Shown here: positions 40,294 through 51,135 of the stretch, one piece after another
How positions within the stretch are numbered: the first letter of the stretch is position 1
How the letters are laid out: each line of letters opens with the position of its first letter
Source of the DNA: Microcoleus sp.
Lineage (GTDB): Bacteria; Cyanobacteriota; Cyanobacteriia; Cyanobacteriales; Microcoleaceae
Length of the DNA: 64,000 bases
Assembly (NCBI GenBank): GCA_052279835.1
Contig: CP181291.1
Coordinates: 1,152,001-1,216,000 of the forward strand
Direction: 5' to 3'
Program-made: the position numbers and the translations under genes
Notes under the pieces: generated by a model
What the model saw: only the letters and a program-made list of their open reading frames with translations
Database searches by the model: none
Told to the model about the DNA's origin: nothing

Positions 40294-41730
40294 ATGCAGA
40301 GCATGAGAATTAAAAAAGAATGGCAAATATTTTCAGTGTTTTTAGGTCTATTTGCACTCTTGACAAGACCAGTCGCAGGCGCCAATGATGCTTCTAGGTT
40401 AGCGACTATTGAATCCCTGGTAGATTTTCATACTTTTGTTATTGATAATTCTCGATTTTTGTGGACAATAGATAAATATTTCTACCAAGGTCACTTTTAC
40501 TCTGACAAGCCTCCTATTCTTTCCATATATGGTTCATTTTTTTACGCTTTTCTCAAGGCAATTGGCATTTCTTTTGATAAGAATCTAATGCTGGCTAATA
40601 TCCTAATAGTAGTTTTAGTTGTGGGAGTAGCTACAGCTATTGGCATGATTTATTTATATAAAATCTTGTATTTGTTAGAAGTAGAAGAAACCTGGATAAA
40701 TGTAATTTTAATTATTGCGGGTACGGGGACTCTCTTGTTACCTTACTCAACTGTATTCAGCAATCATGTGGTTAGTGGAAGTTTACTTATTGCTGGTTTT
40801 TACTATTTACTCAGGGTCAAAGAAAGTATTACACATTCTCTGCTTTCAGGTTTGTTAATTACCCTAGCTGGTAGCATTGATGTAGTAGCTTTTATTTTTC
40901 TGCCATTTCTGGCCGTCACCTTTTTTAATAAACCCCTGAAATCAAAGATAGTTTTTTCTTTAGCTTGCGCTTTAGTCCTGATAATTTACTTACAGTTAAA
41001 TCTTTACACCTCTGGGAGTCTGCGGCCGCCTTCTATGAATAAGTCTCTGTGGGAATATCCCGGTTCTGTCTTCGATAGTACAACCCTTTCTGGTTTAGCA
41101 TATCACTCAAATTTTCCGGCTTTACTAAATTATGCTTTTCATATGATTATCGGTCATCGAGGCTTGATTTCTTATACTCCTGTCTTAGTATTTTCTATTT
41201 GGGGATTTGTGAAAATTTACCAAAACAAAGATTTTAAATATCGCCAAGAATATCTGTTAATTTTTTTGGCATCTTCTGCCTATGTCCTGATGTACATTCT
41301 GCGTTCTAACAATTACAGTGGGTATTCTTATGGAGTCAGATGGTATGCCAATCTCATGTTTTTGCTCTGCCTACCACTAGCTCAAATCAGAAATGATATC
41401 AAAAATTCAAAACAGTTAAGAACAGCTTTTATAATTGTGAGTTGTTTGTCAATTTTTATCTCTTTTGTGGGCGTAAATCATCCTTTTGTCGCAGTTGATG
41501 AACAGCATCCTAGTTCATTTTTTAATGCTTTAGTTTATACATTTAAGCCCATCGATACTCAAATTTACGGGAATAACCAGGCCATGCAACTGTCGTTTTC
41601 GCACTCTTTGCTATTTGCACTCAAGCAGTTAAGGGTGATTTTAATAGCAGCACTCGCAGGTTTGTCGTGCTACTTGTTAGTGAACCGTGTTAAGCAATTT
41701 ATCGCAAACAGACCTGTGGTTGAGGGTTAA
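40294..41730 (+). CDS. Polytopic membrane protein, probable GT-C glycosyltransferase
   Basis: ND.SRLA..YSDKPP, many TM segments, G.R(W/Y) motif near the C-terminus. Confidence 0.55.
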   Translation: MQSMRIKKEWQIFSVFLGLFALLTRPVAGANDASRLATIESLVDFHTFVIDNSRFLWTIDKYFYQGHFYSDKPPILSIYGSFFYAFLKAIGISFDKNLMLANILIVVLVVGVATAIGMIYLYKILYLLEVEETWINVILIIAGTGTLLLPYSTVFSNHVVSGSLLIAGFYYLLRVKESITHSLLSGLLITLAGSIDVVAFIFLPFLAVTFFNKPLKSKIVFSLACALVLIIYLQLNLYTSGSLRPPSMNKSLWEYPGSVFDSTTLSGLAYHSNFPALLNYAFHMIIGHRGLISYTPVLVFSIWGFVKIYQNKDFKYRQEYLLIFLASSAYVLMYILRSNNYSGYSYGVRWYANLMFLLCLPLAQIRNDIKNSKQLRTAFIIVSCLSIFISFVGVNHPFVAVDEQHPSSFFNALVYTFKPIDTQIYGNNQAMQLSFSHSLLFALKQLRVILIAALAGLSCYLLVNRVKQFIANRPVVEG

Positions 41731-41865
41731 AAAGATGCGCGGTCTCATCCCACACACAAATACCCTAACCCAACATTAATCGATAGCTAGTGAACTCGCT
41801 CTAGAATATAACGATATAACCATCTCAAATCCCTAATCTCAAATCGATAACTAGCTGAAAGCTTT

Positions 41866-43335
41866 ATGATTCGCGACGACATTGTTAGTCTCAGGACCCA
41901 TATCCTCAAACGTACCTGCGCCGTCGCCTTGCTAGCGTTAACTTTGGGGTGTTCGCCAACGCAGCCGCCAAACACCGCAGCGGTCTCCGGGGCGATCGAA
42001 TCAGCGGCCCAAGCACAGCCCCTAGAACCAGTTGTGGCTAATAACTCCAAAAACTCCAAAAAGTTCGCTAGCGCCCGTTCTTGCGCCGAAAATGATGGCT
42101 TCACGGAGTCAGTAAACTTTGCCACCCAAGCCTCTAATTTGGCTCAATCAGCCAATTCAAAACAAGAGTGGGATGAAGTAGCAGCCCTGTGGGTGCAAGC
42201 TGTAGCTTGGATGCAAGCTGTTCCTCCAAGCAGTCCCAAACGGGCTTTTGCTGAGAAAAAAGTGGTGGAATACATGAGAAACCTGGCTTATTCGCAACAG
42301 CAAGCAGGTGCAAACCGTCAAACTTCCGCCAGCTTCAGTAGCGATTTGCTTAACCAACAGCTAGAACTTTACCTATCCTACGTGGCGACGGTGGGCCCGC
42401 CTGATGTTTTGATTGTGGGGAGTTCGCGGGCGCTCCAAGGTGTCGATCCCAAAGCACTAAAACAATCTTTGGCGCAAAAGGGTCGATCGGGCTTAACCAT
42501 ATTTAATTTTGCAGTCAATGGTGCCACCGCACAAGTAGTTGACTTTCAACTGCGGCGACTATTAAAACCCCAGCATTTACCTCAAATGATTGTCTGGGCT
42601 GATGGAGTACGGGCGTTCAATAGTGGTAGAGTCGATCGCACTTTTAACTCAATTATCGCTTCTGAGGGCAATCAACTTTTAGTTGCCGGTATTCGCCCTA
42701 AACTGCCAGAAGATGAACCCAGTGTGATTCCCCAGTGTTACCAATTTCCCCAACCTTGTCGCAGGGGTGGTTTTCACAAAGCAAGTATCTTGCCTGTTGC
42801 TAAAATGGACGATCGTAGAATAGGTATCTTGTCGGTTGCTAACACTGCTGTCATGGCCATCAATTCAGTCAGCGACTTGGCAAACTCGATCGACTCCAAC
42901 GGATTTATGCCCCTGTCTGTCCGTTACAATCCCAACACCTACTATAACGATCGCCCTTATGTTTCTGGTAGATTCGATCGCGACTACGAAAACTTTAACC
43001 TCGCTGGTAAACAAGCCCAAGCCTTCAATTCAGTCATCGCTTTGACAAAAAGTCGCAAAATTCCATTGGTTTTTGTGAATTTACCCCTCACCGACGACTA
43101 TCTAGACGACACTCGTATCTGGGCCCAAGAACAATTTCGGCAACGAATGCAGCAACTCTCCCGCCAAAAAGGTTTCGCTTTCCGAGACTTATCCCAGCAG
43201 TGGCCCAGTCGCCATGAGTATTTTTTTGATCCTAGCCATCTTAATCGGTTTGGGGCGATCGCGGTTTCTCGTCTCATCGCCGCCGATACTAGCATCACAT
43301 GGCCGAACCCGAAATCCCGAAGCATCGACGGTTGA
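41866..43335 (+). CDS. Putative lipoprotein with DUF1574/SGNH-like domain
   Basis: Lipobox LTLGC; VGSSR, NFAVNGA and DPSHLN SGNH-like motifs. Confidence 0.65.
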   Translation: MIRDDIVSLRTHILKRTCAVALLALTLGCSPTQPPNTAAVSGAIESAAQAQPLEPVVANNSKNSKKFASARSCAENDGFTESVNFATQASNLAQSANSKQEWDEVAALWVQAVAWMQAVPPSSPKRAFAEKKVVEYMRNLAYSQQQAGANRQTSASFSSDLLNQQLELYLSYVATVGPPDVLIVGSSRALQGVDPKALKQSLAQKGRSGLTIFNFAVNGATAQVVDFQLRRLLKPQHLPQMIVWADGVRAFNSGRVDRTFNSIIASEGNQLLVAGIRPKLPEDEPSVIPQCYQFPQPCRRGGFHKASILPVAKMDDRRIGILSVANTAVMAINSVSDLANSIDSNGFMPLSVRYNPNTYYNDRPYVSGRFDRDYENFNLAGKQAQAFNSVIALTKSRKIPLVFVNLPLTDDYLDDTRIWAQEQFRQRMQQLSRQKGFAFRDLSQQWPSRHEYFFDPSHLNRFGAIAVSRLIAADTSITWPNPKSRSIDG

Positions 43336-43441
43336 GCTCAAATCCTCTCTCTTCTCGGACTCTGTGTTCTCTGCGCTTAGATGGTTCCGGTGCCACCGCA
43401 ATTGATATCATGGCGATCGGCAACGGATTCGATCTCAATTT

Positions 43442-43954
43442 TTAATAATCGCAAAACAGAGTTTCGCGAGTAGCCCTACCAGTTACCGGATTAGTACCTT
43501 TTGCCACTTGACAAAGTTTTTTTATCATATCATCTCGCAGCAATGTCTCAGTAAAATCAGCACCGTCAATCACCGCTCCTTCAAGTCTGGTATTGTAAGC
43601 AAAAGCACCCTCAAGAATAGCATTAGTTAAATTTGCTTTCATCATGCGAGCCAAGTCTAAAGTAGCACCTGTGAAATTAGCACCTTCTAAATTTGCTTCT
43701 TCCATATTGGCTGCAAAAAAACTCACGCCCCGCAAATCTGCATTAGTAAAATTGCTGTTGCGAAGATTAGCTTTATTAAAACTGTCGTCTGTGAGCACCC
43801 GGCCAGTAAAATCAGCGCCAACAAGGATTTCTTTGTCGTGATCCAAGGCTAGGGCTGGTGCGGGATTAATGCCGATCGCCCCAGCGACAAATACTGCTAG
43901 AATAACAACACTGAGCAAGAAAGTATAAATATGTTGGCGAATTCGAGAATTCAT
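43442..43954 (-). CDS. Exported pentapeptide repeat protein
   Basis: Signal ending APALA; A(N/D)L repeats; C..GTNPVTG..T.ETL.C tail. Confidence 0.9.
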   Translation of the reverse strand: MNSRIRQHIYTFLLSVVILAVFVAGAIGINPAPALALDHDKEILVGADFTGRVLTDDSFNKANLRNSNFTNADLRGVSFFAANMEEANLEGANFTGATLDLARMMKANLTNAILEGAFAYNTRLEGAVIDGADFTETLLRDDMIKKLCQVAKGTNPVTGRATRETLFCDY

Positions 43955-43968
43955 ACAAGTTAGCGCTA

Positions 43969-44577
43969 ATGAGCATCTGTGATAGTTCAAAATTGAATTT
44001 TACCAGAAAGGGCGATCGCCCGTTAGCGAAGCCCTCGAACCGGATTGCTCTTGCTGACTCCAATTGTTCCCCATCTTCCCACTCTCGCCAACTCGGCACT
44101 TTAGGAGAAAACTTAGTCTCCGAGTGGTTGCAGCAGCAAGGCTGGGAAATCCTGCACCGACAATGGCACTGTCGATGGGGAGAAATTGATATCATTGCAC
44201 AGGGAACAGATCGAGAGAGTACAATCCAGGAATGTCATCAAAACTCCCGATTCCCCATTCCCGATTTCCCATCTCCGACTTTAGCATTTGTAGAGGTTAA
44301 AACTCGCAGTCGGGGCAATTGGGATACCGATGGAATCCTGGCTATTAGTGCGGCGAAACAAGCAAAAATTTGGCAAACTGCCGAAATATTTTTAAGCGCT
44401 TACCCCGATTTAGCAAATAATCCCTGTCGTTTTGATGTCGCCCTAGTCAGGTGCGAATCTTCAGGGCTAAAGACTCACAAAAGATTATCATCAACGACAG
44501 CCAACTCTCAACCCGCACTTACAGGCACTTACCTGCTCACTTTGCAAGAATACATTCGATCGGCTTTTAGCCATTAA
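43969..44577 (+). CDS. yraN: YraN family nuclease-fold protein (start uncertain)
   Basis: [23 protein letters not shown]. Confidence 0.85.
   Translation: MSICDSSKLNFTRKGDRPLAKPSNRIALADSNCSPSSHSRQLGTLGENLVSEWLQQQGWEILHRQWHCRWGEIDIIAQGTDRESTIQECHQNSRFPIPDFPSPTLAFVEVKTRSRGNWDTDGILAISAAKQAKIWQTAEIFLSAYPDLANNPCRFDVALVRCESSGLKTHKRLSSTTANSQPALTGTYLLTLQEYIRSAFSH
44023..44043 (+). repeat. 21-nt SDR5-like element in a split HIP1-like site
   Basis: CCG|TTAGCGAAGCCCTCGAACCGG|ATTGC. Confidence 0.55.
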
Positions 44578-44677
44578 AAATGTCATCTGATTTGAAATTT
44601 TAGATATTAGATGTTAGATTCTGAAATTGTTGCTGCCCCGCCGAGTGCCATCACAGCCAATTTCTGCGCCCCTGAGA

Positions 44678-45067
44678 TCAGGCCAAAGTTTCGGGACAAT
44701 ATCCGAGTCCCTTGACAAACTGATGGCGAAAGGCTTCAATTTCCTTGCGATCGGGACTTCCGTGACAAACTACGGCTACCTGGTAACGGCGCATCACGCT
44801 CAGGGGCGACTGTCCCGTTTCCAAACTCCAAAGTGCCATTTGTAACCGAATTTCAGGATCGTAAGGAATCCCAAGTTCATTCATAAAAGCCCGAAAATCC
44901 CCGTGCATTTCTGGAGTTAAATATTGGCTCATTTTCACCTTGACTACCCAACCGTTAATTTGGTGAATCACGGTGATAAATTGCAAGGGCAGATGACTAG
45001 CCCTGCGTAGGTAATCCACGACTCTCAGAGTGAGGCTAGTATTGGCGATGTAGTAGAGGTATTCCAT
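44678..45067 (-). CDS. Conserved cyanobacterial hypothetical protein
   Basis: 129-aa ORF with GGA RBS; protein-like composition. Confidence 0.7.
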   Translation of the reverse strand: MEYLYYIANTSLTLRVVDYLRRASHLPLQFITVIHQINGWVVKVKMSQYLTPEMHGDFRAFMNELGIPYDPEIRLQMALWSLETGQSPLSVMRRYQVAVVCHGSPDRKEIEAFRHQFVKGLGYCPETLA

Positions 45068-45212
45068 AACTATCCTTCGAGCAAAGCTGATGCTACACCT
45101 CTATTCTCCCCTTCTAGATCCGCCGCTACAAGGGGAAAAGCACCCTACTTTGGATGGGGGTTTTTACCCAATTTGTTACCAAGTTGACAGATTTTTGACA
45201 GGAATTCACCCG

Positions 45213-46382
45213 ATGACAGAGATAGACTGGTCTTTGGACGCCTATGACTACGAACTTCCCCCCTCGCGGATTGCCCAAAATCCCGTAGTGCCTAGGGATA
45301 GTTCCCGCTTGCTGGTGGTAGATTCTGCGAGTACACAACAACACCGGATTTTCCAAGATTTGCCAGATTTACTCAACCCAGGCGATTTGCTGGTACTCAA
45401 CAATACTCGCGTACTCCCAGCTAGGCTCTACGGGCACAAACCCAATGGCCCGGCTGTGGAGATCTTGTTGATGGAAGAACGACAACACAATTGCTGGCTG
45501 GCTTTGGTTAAACCCGGAAAACGCTTGAAGTTGGGAGCGAAAATAGAGTTCGATCGGATCGCTCCACATGGCCACGAGGAAGCCTCCGGCCCCTGTTGTT
45601 GCCTTGGCCAAGCCACAGGGGCGACATTACCCGATCGCCTGACTGCGACAGTTATAGAAAGGGACGATGCCACAGGAGGGCGGCTGTTGGAGTTTAATCT
45701 GCCCACAGAAATGTCTCTCATACCTTTTTTGGACGATTATGGTCACGTACCCCTACCGCCCTACATTGACAATTCCCAAGCAGCACCAGAACAGTACCAG
45801 ACTGTTTATGCTAATCGACTAGGCGCGATCGCAGCCCCCACTGCTGGCCTACACTTCACCCAAGACTTGTTCAGCCGCTTGCAGCAGCGGGGAATTGAAA
45901 AAACTTTTGTCACCCTCCATGTTGGAGTCGGGACTTTTCGCCCCGTGGAGGTGGAAGACGTGACGACTCACCAGATGCACCGGGAAAGGGTGGAAGTATC
46001 CCCCGCCACCGTCGAAAAAATCCGCGAAACTAAAGCCAGAGGCGGCCGGATTATTGCTGTGGGTACGACAGCAGTGCGAGCTTTGGAAGGGGCGGCCGCG
46101 GCCACAGAGACCAAAATTGGTGATTTTCCCTTGCAACCTTTTTATGGCCAGACAAATTTGTTTATTTATCCTGGTTATAAATGGCGGGTAGTAGATGGGA
46201 TGATTACCAATTTTCACTTACCCCGCTCTACTTTGTTAATGATGATCAGTGCGATGATTGGTCGATCGCGCGTGCTGGATTTATATAGAGAGGCCATCGC
46301 CCAGGAGTACCGCTTTTATTCCTTTGGCGATGCCATGCTGATTTTGCCCGAAGCGTATCAGATTAAACAGGTGATTGAATGA
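45213..46382 (+). CDS. queA: S-adenosylmethionine:tRNA ribosyltransferase-isomerase
   Basis: [53 protein letters not shown]. Confidence 0.97.
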   Translation: MTEIDWSLDAYDYELPPSRIAQNPVVPRDSSRLLVVDSASTQQHRIFQDLPDLLNPGDLLVLNNTRVLPARLYGHKPNGPAVEILLMEERQHNCWLALVKPGKRLKLGAKIEFDRIAPHGHEEASGPCCCLGQATGATLPDRLTATVIERDDATGGRLLEFNLPTEMSLIPFLDDYGHVPLPPYIDNSQAAPEQYQTVYANRLGAIAAPTAGLHFTQDLFSRLQQRGIEKTFVTLHVGVGTFRPVEVEDVTTHQMHRERVEVSPATVEKIRETKARGGRIIAVGTTAVRALEGAAAATETKIGDFPLQPFYGQTNLFIYPGYKWRVVDGMITNFHLPRSTLLMMISAMIGRSRVLDLYREAIAQEYRFYSFGDAMLILPEAYQIKQVIE

Positions 46383-46384
46383 TG

Positions 46385-46410
46385 GGGCATCGGGTTGGCC
46401 CAATGCCCCC
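46385..46410. terminator. Hairpin between convergent queA and rpmF
   Basis: GGGGCATCGGG-TTGG-CCCAATGCCCC imperfect stem-loop. Confidence 0.55.
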
Positions 46411-46420
46411 TCTTCCTGTT

Positions 46421-46594
46421 TTACTCTTCCTCTTCTTCTTCATTGCCGGGATACACGAAGCTGTTGGAACGTCCAGTCAGAACGGATTTGCCCAGGGACA
46501 AAGCTTTCTGAGCTGCCACCACAGCTTTGCGCTTCCAGGTTGCTTTACGCATATTCTTCTTGGATTTGGAGGTTTTCTTCTTAGGGACTGCCAT
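46421..46594 (-). CDS. rpmF: 50S ribosomal protein L32
   Basis: [21 protein letters not shown]. Confidence 0.95.
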   Translation of the reverse strand: MAVPKKKTSKSKKNMRKATWKRKAVVAAQKALSLGKSVLTGRSNSFVYPGNEEEEEE

Positions 46595-46684
46595 GACCGT
46601 AAATACTTCTGCTGATATAGACAAACAAACATTCTAGCTGATTTTGCCGATCGTGCTGTGTCGATCGACAGCAACTGCCCCGTC

Positions 46685-46788
46685 ATATCAAATCCGTTGA
46701 CATCGGAATTATGATTTCTCTCTTCTCTTTCTCTGTGTCCTCTGTGTTCTCTGTGGTTTAATCATTCCGATACAACCGGAATTGAGAT
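46685..46788. mobile_element. ATATCAAwTCC-ended MITE-like element with (CTCTGTGT)n core
   Basis: ATATCAAATCC...GGAATTGAGAT; related to 25901-26030, 49785-49866 and 52534-52600. Confidence 0.6.
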
Positions 46789-46841
46789 CGCGGGCGATCG
46801 ACTCAGACGCAGCAGCAGGGCGTGAGACCACTTTGGCTAGA

Positions 46842-47318
46842 CTAGAGTTCGTGAAAGTAATACATCACAACGCCAGTTACGGGGTCGTTCTCAATACTGA
46901 CATAACCGGTTTTCAGCATTGCCGTGAAGGCTTCTTCCACTTCGGCAAAGGTAGCACCAGTTGCCATCACCCCCTGAGTGACTGACAATTTTCCGCTTTT
47001 GAGATAAGCTGCTTTCAGAAGTTTCACCCCCAACTGGTCGGGAGTTTGCTTGGGATATGTCTGGGCGATCGCCCCGTTGATTGGATGTAGTGGTATCCCT
47101 GTCGCAGATACACCCAGTTTGCCCCGGAGAGTCGCCTGATGTTCCTCCACCATGTTCGGGAGCAGCAGTAAGTCAAACAGTTGTCCAAACCCAAATAACC
47201 CAAAGGTAAACAGCCACAGCAAACCCGTACCAATCTTGCCGTTATAAAGACGGTGGAGTCCGAAGGGGCCGAAAAAACAAGCAGCCCATAAAAGGTAACT
47301 AACACCTAAATTGCTCAT
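46842..47318 (-). CDS. TM2/NINE domain membrane protein
   Basis: YLLW..FG..GLHRLY.GK..TG.LWL.T.GL.G.G...D. Confidence 0.85.
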   Translation of the reverse strand: MSNLGVSYLLWAACFFGPFGLHRLYNGKIGTGLLWLFTFGLFGFGQLFDLLLLPNMVEEHQATLRGKLGVSATGIPLHPINGAIAQTYPKQTPDQLGVKLLKAAYLKSGKLSVTQGVMATGATFAEVEEAFTAMLKTGYVSIENDPVTGVVMYYFHEL

Positions 47319-47684
47319 TTTCTGAACGTCCTGCCTGCTTATTCTAAGAATTCGAGTCCGTTATATCTATATTCTGTACTGTCGGTTAGGTGTTTAAACA
47401 GCTTGACACCCGACTTTATTTGTGCATGGTCATAAATTATGGGACGCAATTCCCGATGCCGATGAGTAATTCTGCGTAGCAATTCTTAATGCCAGCAACA
47501 TATTCCGTGGGTCAAGAAATTGGTACACTGGAGAACGTGGAAATTACAGCAGGTTTGCCTCCCTTGATTCCACCCAGACTACCCCACCGTAGTTCCGTGG
47601 AAAAAAATAGAGGCTACCGCGGGTGATCGCCATACCTGAAAACTGAAACCAGCCAGTAGTTATAAACAGAAATCCAATAAAAAT

Positions 47685-48761
47685 ATGGTAGATTCCCTCA
47701 AAAAACCAACTTTTGAAGAAATGCGGCCGGGAGTAAAAACCCCAGCCAAAGAAACTATTCTCACACCGAGATTTTACACAACAGATTTTGACGAGATGGC
47801 AAAAATGGACATCTCGATCAACGAAGCCGAACTAGAAGCAATCATGCAAGAGTTCCGCGTTGACTACAACAAAAATCACTTCGTGCGGGATGAGGAGTTC
47901 GCTCAATCTTGGGATCACATTGACGGCGAAAAGCGCCAGTTATTCATTGAATTTCTGGAACGTTCCTGCACGGCTGAGTTTTCTGGGTTCTTGCTGTACA
48001 AAGAATTGGCTCGCAAGCTCAAGGACAAAAATCCTGTGCTAGCGGAGGGTTTCTCCCTCATGTCACGGGATGAAGCGCGGCACGCCGGATTCCTCAACAA
48101 AGCTTTGTCGGATTTTAATTTGTCCCTGGATTTGGGTTTCCTGACTAAGAGCCGCAGCTACACTTTCTTTAAGCCGAAGTTCATTTTCTACGCTACTTAC
48201 TTGTCTGAAAAGATTGGTTATTGGCGCTACATCACCATTTACCAACACTTAAAGGCTCACCCTGAAGACCAAATTTATCCGATTTTCCGATTCTTTGAAA
48301 ATTGGTGTCAGGATGAAAACCGCCACGGAGATTTCTTCGATGCGGTGATGAGAGCTCAGCCTCAGATGTTGAACGATTGGAAGGCAAAACTTTGGTGTCG
48401 CTTCTTCTTGCTGTCGGTATTCGCCACCATGTATCTCAATGATATCCAGAGAGCGGGTTTTTATCGATCGCTAGGTCTAGATGCTCGCGAATACGACATC
48501 GAAGTCATCAAAAAAACCAACGAAACCGCCGGTCGAGTATTCCCAGTCATGCTAGATGTGAACAATCCAGAATTTTACGAACGTCTGGATGTTTGTCTCA
48601 AGAACAATCAAAAATTGACCGCAATTGTTGAGTCAAATACTCCCAAATTCTTGCAATTGTTCCAAAAATTGCCTCTGTATTTGTCCAATGGCTGGCAATT
48701 ACTGAAGCTTTACTTCATGAAGACCATCGAATCACCTTCTGTTGAGGGTGCTGTACGTTAA
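47685..48761 (+). CDS. acsF: Mg-protoporphyrin IX monomethyl ester oxidative cyclase
   Basis: [28 protein letters not shown] and DENRH di-iron motifs. Confidence 0.97.
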   Translation: MVDSLKKPTFEEMRPGVKTPAKETILTPRFYTTDFDEMAKMDISINEAELEAIMQEFRVDYNKNHFVRDEEFAQSWDHIDGEKRQLFIEFLERSCTAEFSGFLLYKELARKLKDKNPVLAEGFSLMSRDEARHAGFLNKALSDFNLSLDLGFLTKSRSYTFFKPKFIFYATYLSEKIGYWRYITIYQHLKAHPEDQIYPIFRFFENWCQDENRHGDFFDAVMRAQPQMLNDWKAKLWCRFFLLSVFATMYLNDIQRAGFYRSLGLDAREYDIEVIKKTNETAGRVFPVMLDVNNPEFYERLDVCLKNNQKLTAIVESNTPKFLQLFQKLPLYLSNGWQLLKLYFMKTIESPSVEGAVR

Positions 48762-48787
48762 TTTGGCATTTTCGCTCGTATTTTAGG

Positions 48788-48820
48788 GCGGTTCTGCGGC
48801 CAGCAGAGCCGCTTTTTTTT
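48788..48820 (+). terminator. Rho-independent terminator after acsF
   Basis: GCGGTTCTGC-GGCCA-GCAGAGCCGC followed by T8. Confidence 0.85.
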
Positions 48821-48905
48821 GATATATAGGAAGTTTCCTTACAGATACTTCTATTTTCCTCCCAGGGCTGAAGCCACTGGGTTTCTAAGATCCCGTGAGG
48901 TTTTT

Positions 48906-49655
48906 ATGAAATTTAAACGTTTTGGAAAATACCCGATCGCATTTATGCTAGTTTTGCTATGTGCGATTCCCTACGGGATAGCTTCGCTTCACGGTCTGCA
49001 CCATCCCACATTTGTCCGTGCCCAGGAGCCCCCACAAGTGCAATCTCCCCAACCAGAATTAAACCCCGTAGTACCTGAAAGTATTTTCATGAGTCAACTT
49101 CCCAATTGGGCGCGACTGGTTGATATCCGCACTGTCAATCCCAACATTCGTCTCGATATTCGCTACGCCACAGCTAACAATTTCTTAAAACGAAAACTAT
49201 ACTCCACAGCCAAATGTGCCTTGAGAAGTTCTGTTGCTCAAAAGTTAGCGCTAGTTCAAACAGATTTAGAAAAAATCGGATTGGGTTTGAAAGTTTACGA
49301 TTGCTACAGGCCTTTCTCTGTTACAAAACAAATGTGGCAAGTTTTGCCAGACCCCCGCTATGTGGCTAATCCTGCGAGGGGTTCGCGTCACAATCGCGGT
49401 GCTGCTATTGATTTAACTTTAGTCGATCGCACGGGCAAAGAATTAGAAATGCCCACACCCTTTGATGATTTTACCGTAAAAGCTCACAGAGATTATCAAG
49501 GAGGCAGCGCGCAATCTCGGAAAAATCGTCAATTGCTGGAAGATGCGATGAAAAAGCAAGGATTTATGGGAATCACAACAGAATGGTGGCACTTTGATTC
49601 AGAAGATTGGGAAAAGTTTGCGATTCTTGATATTTCCCTAGGAGCGATTCCTTAA
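48906..49655 (+). CDS. M15D (VanX/DdpX-like) D-Ala-D-Ala dipeptidase, exported
   Basis: YDCYRP, GSRHNRGAAIDLT, EWWHF. Confidence 0.9.
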   Translation: MKFKRFGKYPIAFMLVLLCAIPYGIASLHGLHHPTFVRAQEPPQVQSPQPELNPVVPESIFMSQLPNWARLVDIRTVNPNIRLDIRYATANNFLKRKLYSTAKCALRSSVAQKLALVQTDLEKIGLGLKVYDCYRPFSVTKQMWQVLPDPRYVANPARGSRHNRGAAIDLTLVDRTGKELEMPTPFDDFTVKAHRDYQGGSAQSRKNRQLLEDAMKKQGFMGITTEWWHFDSEDWEKFAILDISLGAIP

Positions 49656-49892
49656 TTTTAGGACTTACGCACTCCCAAAAAGAAACCGGATTTTTTAGCG
49701 AATCTGTGCGCCTCCGGGAAGTATTTTCGTAAAAACTTGGTTTCTCACTACCAATCCGTAATATCGTTGACCGTTGCATGGTCATGATTTAACCGCAGAG
49801 AGCGCAGAGGACACAGAGGGAGAGAATAGAGAGATGAATAATTCCGATGAAGAGAGGATTTGAGATAATTCCTATGTTACAAACCTGCACAC

Positions 49893-50738
49893 TTATCGGA
49901 CTTTTACTGAAAATTCATATTCGTATCCTCGGAAATTTGAGTCTAGTTGAAATGTGTAATTACCAGTAACGGGAATTTTTCCACTCCACTCAGTTGGATT
50001 GTTTTGATAAGGATCTCCTCCCAACAGTTTCCCGTCAGGACTCAAAATTTGTGGAAAAACATCTTTGCGGTTCCTCACAGTCATTGTTTGACCCTTAGCG
50101 GCGCGAATTATGTAAGAGTGACTGCCACCACCAATAATTCTACCTTTCACAATTGCCTCATTACCCCCAGGCAAAAAATTAATCTCCTGTCGCACATTGG
50201 GACAACTACTTTCGGTGCGGTTTTTGGCAATCCAACCGGTAACTGGATCGGTAATTCGCAACCAACCATTTTCTTCTGCGGCGACGGAAACAAAGGTATT
50301 ATTTTTGAGTGTTCCTACTATTTTGCTGTCTGCTAATCCTGGGTTCGATCGCACATTTAGCGGTGGATTGGGATCGGTGACTACAGCCATACTGATTTTG
50401 CAGCCCCCATCGGGAGGTGTGATGGATATCGGCTCAACTTTTTGCTTCGAGTTTTCTGGGATTACAGAAGATGTAACTGGGGAATTTTTTGCAGGTTGGG
50501 GTTGAAATTTCTGAGATTGGATGGGTCTGGTTTTTAGTTCCAGTGGTTCTGTTTTCTGAGATTTAGGAATTGTGGTTGGAACCGCTGAAGTAGTTTTTTT
50601 GTCGGATAGCGCTGATTCTGTCACGGCAGGATTTGAGACTTGCATCGAACCTGACTGTATGGTTGCCCAGGCTACTCCGATCGCCGTTGATAGCCCTGCT
50701 AGGCAGAGGATGATGATTTGGCTAGTTTTTAATGACAT
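49893..50738 (-). CDS. Membrane-anchored SH3b domain protein
   Basis: N-terminal TM, Pro/Ser linker, LNVRS.P...IVG.L..GW..I..GW; C-terminal beta-sandwich. Confidence 0.75.
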   Translation of the reverse strand: MSLKTSQIIILCLAGLSTAIGVAWATIQSGSMQVSNPAVTESALSDKKTTSAVPTTIPKSQKTEPLELKTRPIQSQKFQPQPAKNSPVTSSVIPENSKQKVEPISITPPDGGCKISMAVVTDPNPPLNVRSNPGLADSKIVGTLKNNTFVSVAAEENGWLRITDPVTGWIAKNRTESSCPNVRQEINFLPGGNEAIVKGRIIGGGSHSYIIRAAKGQTMTVRNRKDVFPQILSPDGKLLGGDPYQNNPTEWSGKIPVTGNYTFQLDSNFRGYEYEFSVKVR

Positions 50739-50855
50739 ATATTTTTGAAATATTTATGGATGTTTGGAAGCGCTATATCCAGAATAATCAACAACAGGAG
50801 GTGAGGGCAAATTCTACAGAACAATCCTATTAGGGCAAAGTTTACCGAAAAAATG

Positions 50856-50977
50856 GGGTGCATCTCAATTTTACAAATATATTCGTAGGGGCGAAGCATG
50901 ACCGCAGACAATTTATTAGGGATAACCAGAGATTTACAGCGGTCATGCTTCGCCTATGCAAAATCGGGATGCTCCCA
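50856..50977. mobile_element. MITE-like element (GGGTGCATC/GATGCTCCC ends) enclosing a GTAGG REP-like palindrome
   Basis: GGCGAAGCATGACCGC...GCGGTCATGCTTCGCC inverted repeat inside the terminal repeats. Confidence 0.6.
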
Positions 50978-51135
50978 AAAAATGGGTCTAAAGCCCCGTG
51001 CTTCCGGCTGCCGGAGATGTCCAATTCTAGTTAATCTTTACTCAACACCTATAGTGATGCTACTGTTGCTGTGAGCCAGTTGTGCCTAATCTGGCAAAGC
51101 AAGCATCCAGGGTAAGGTTGAGCTGATTAACTAAA

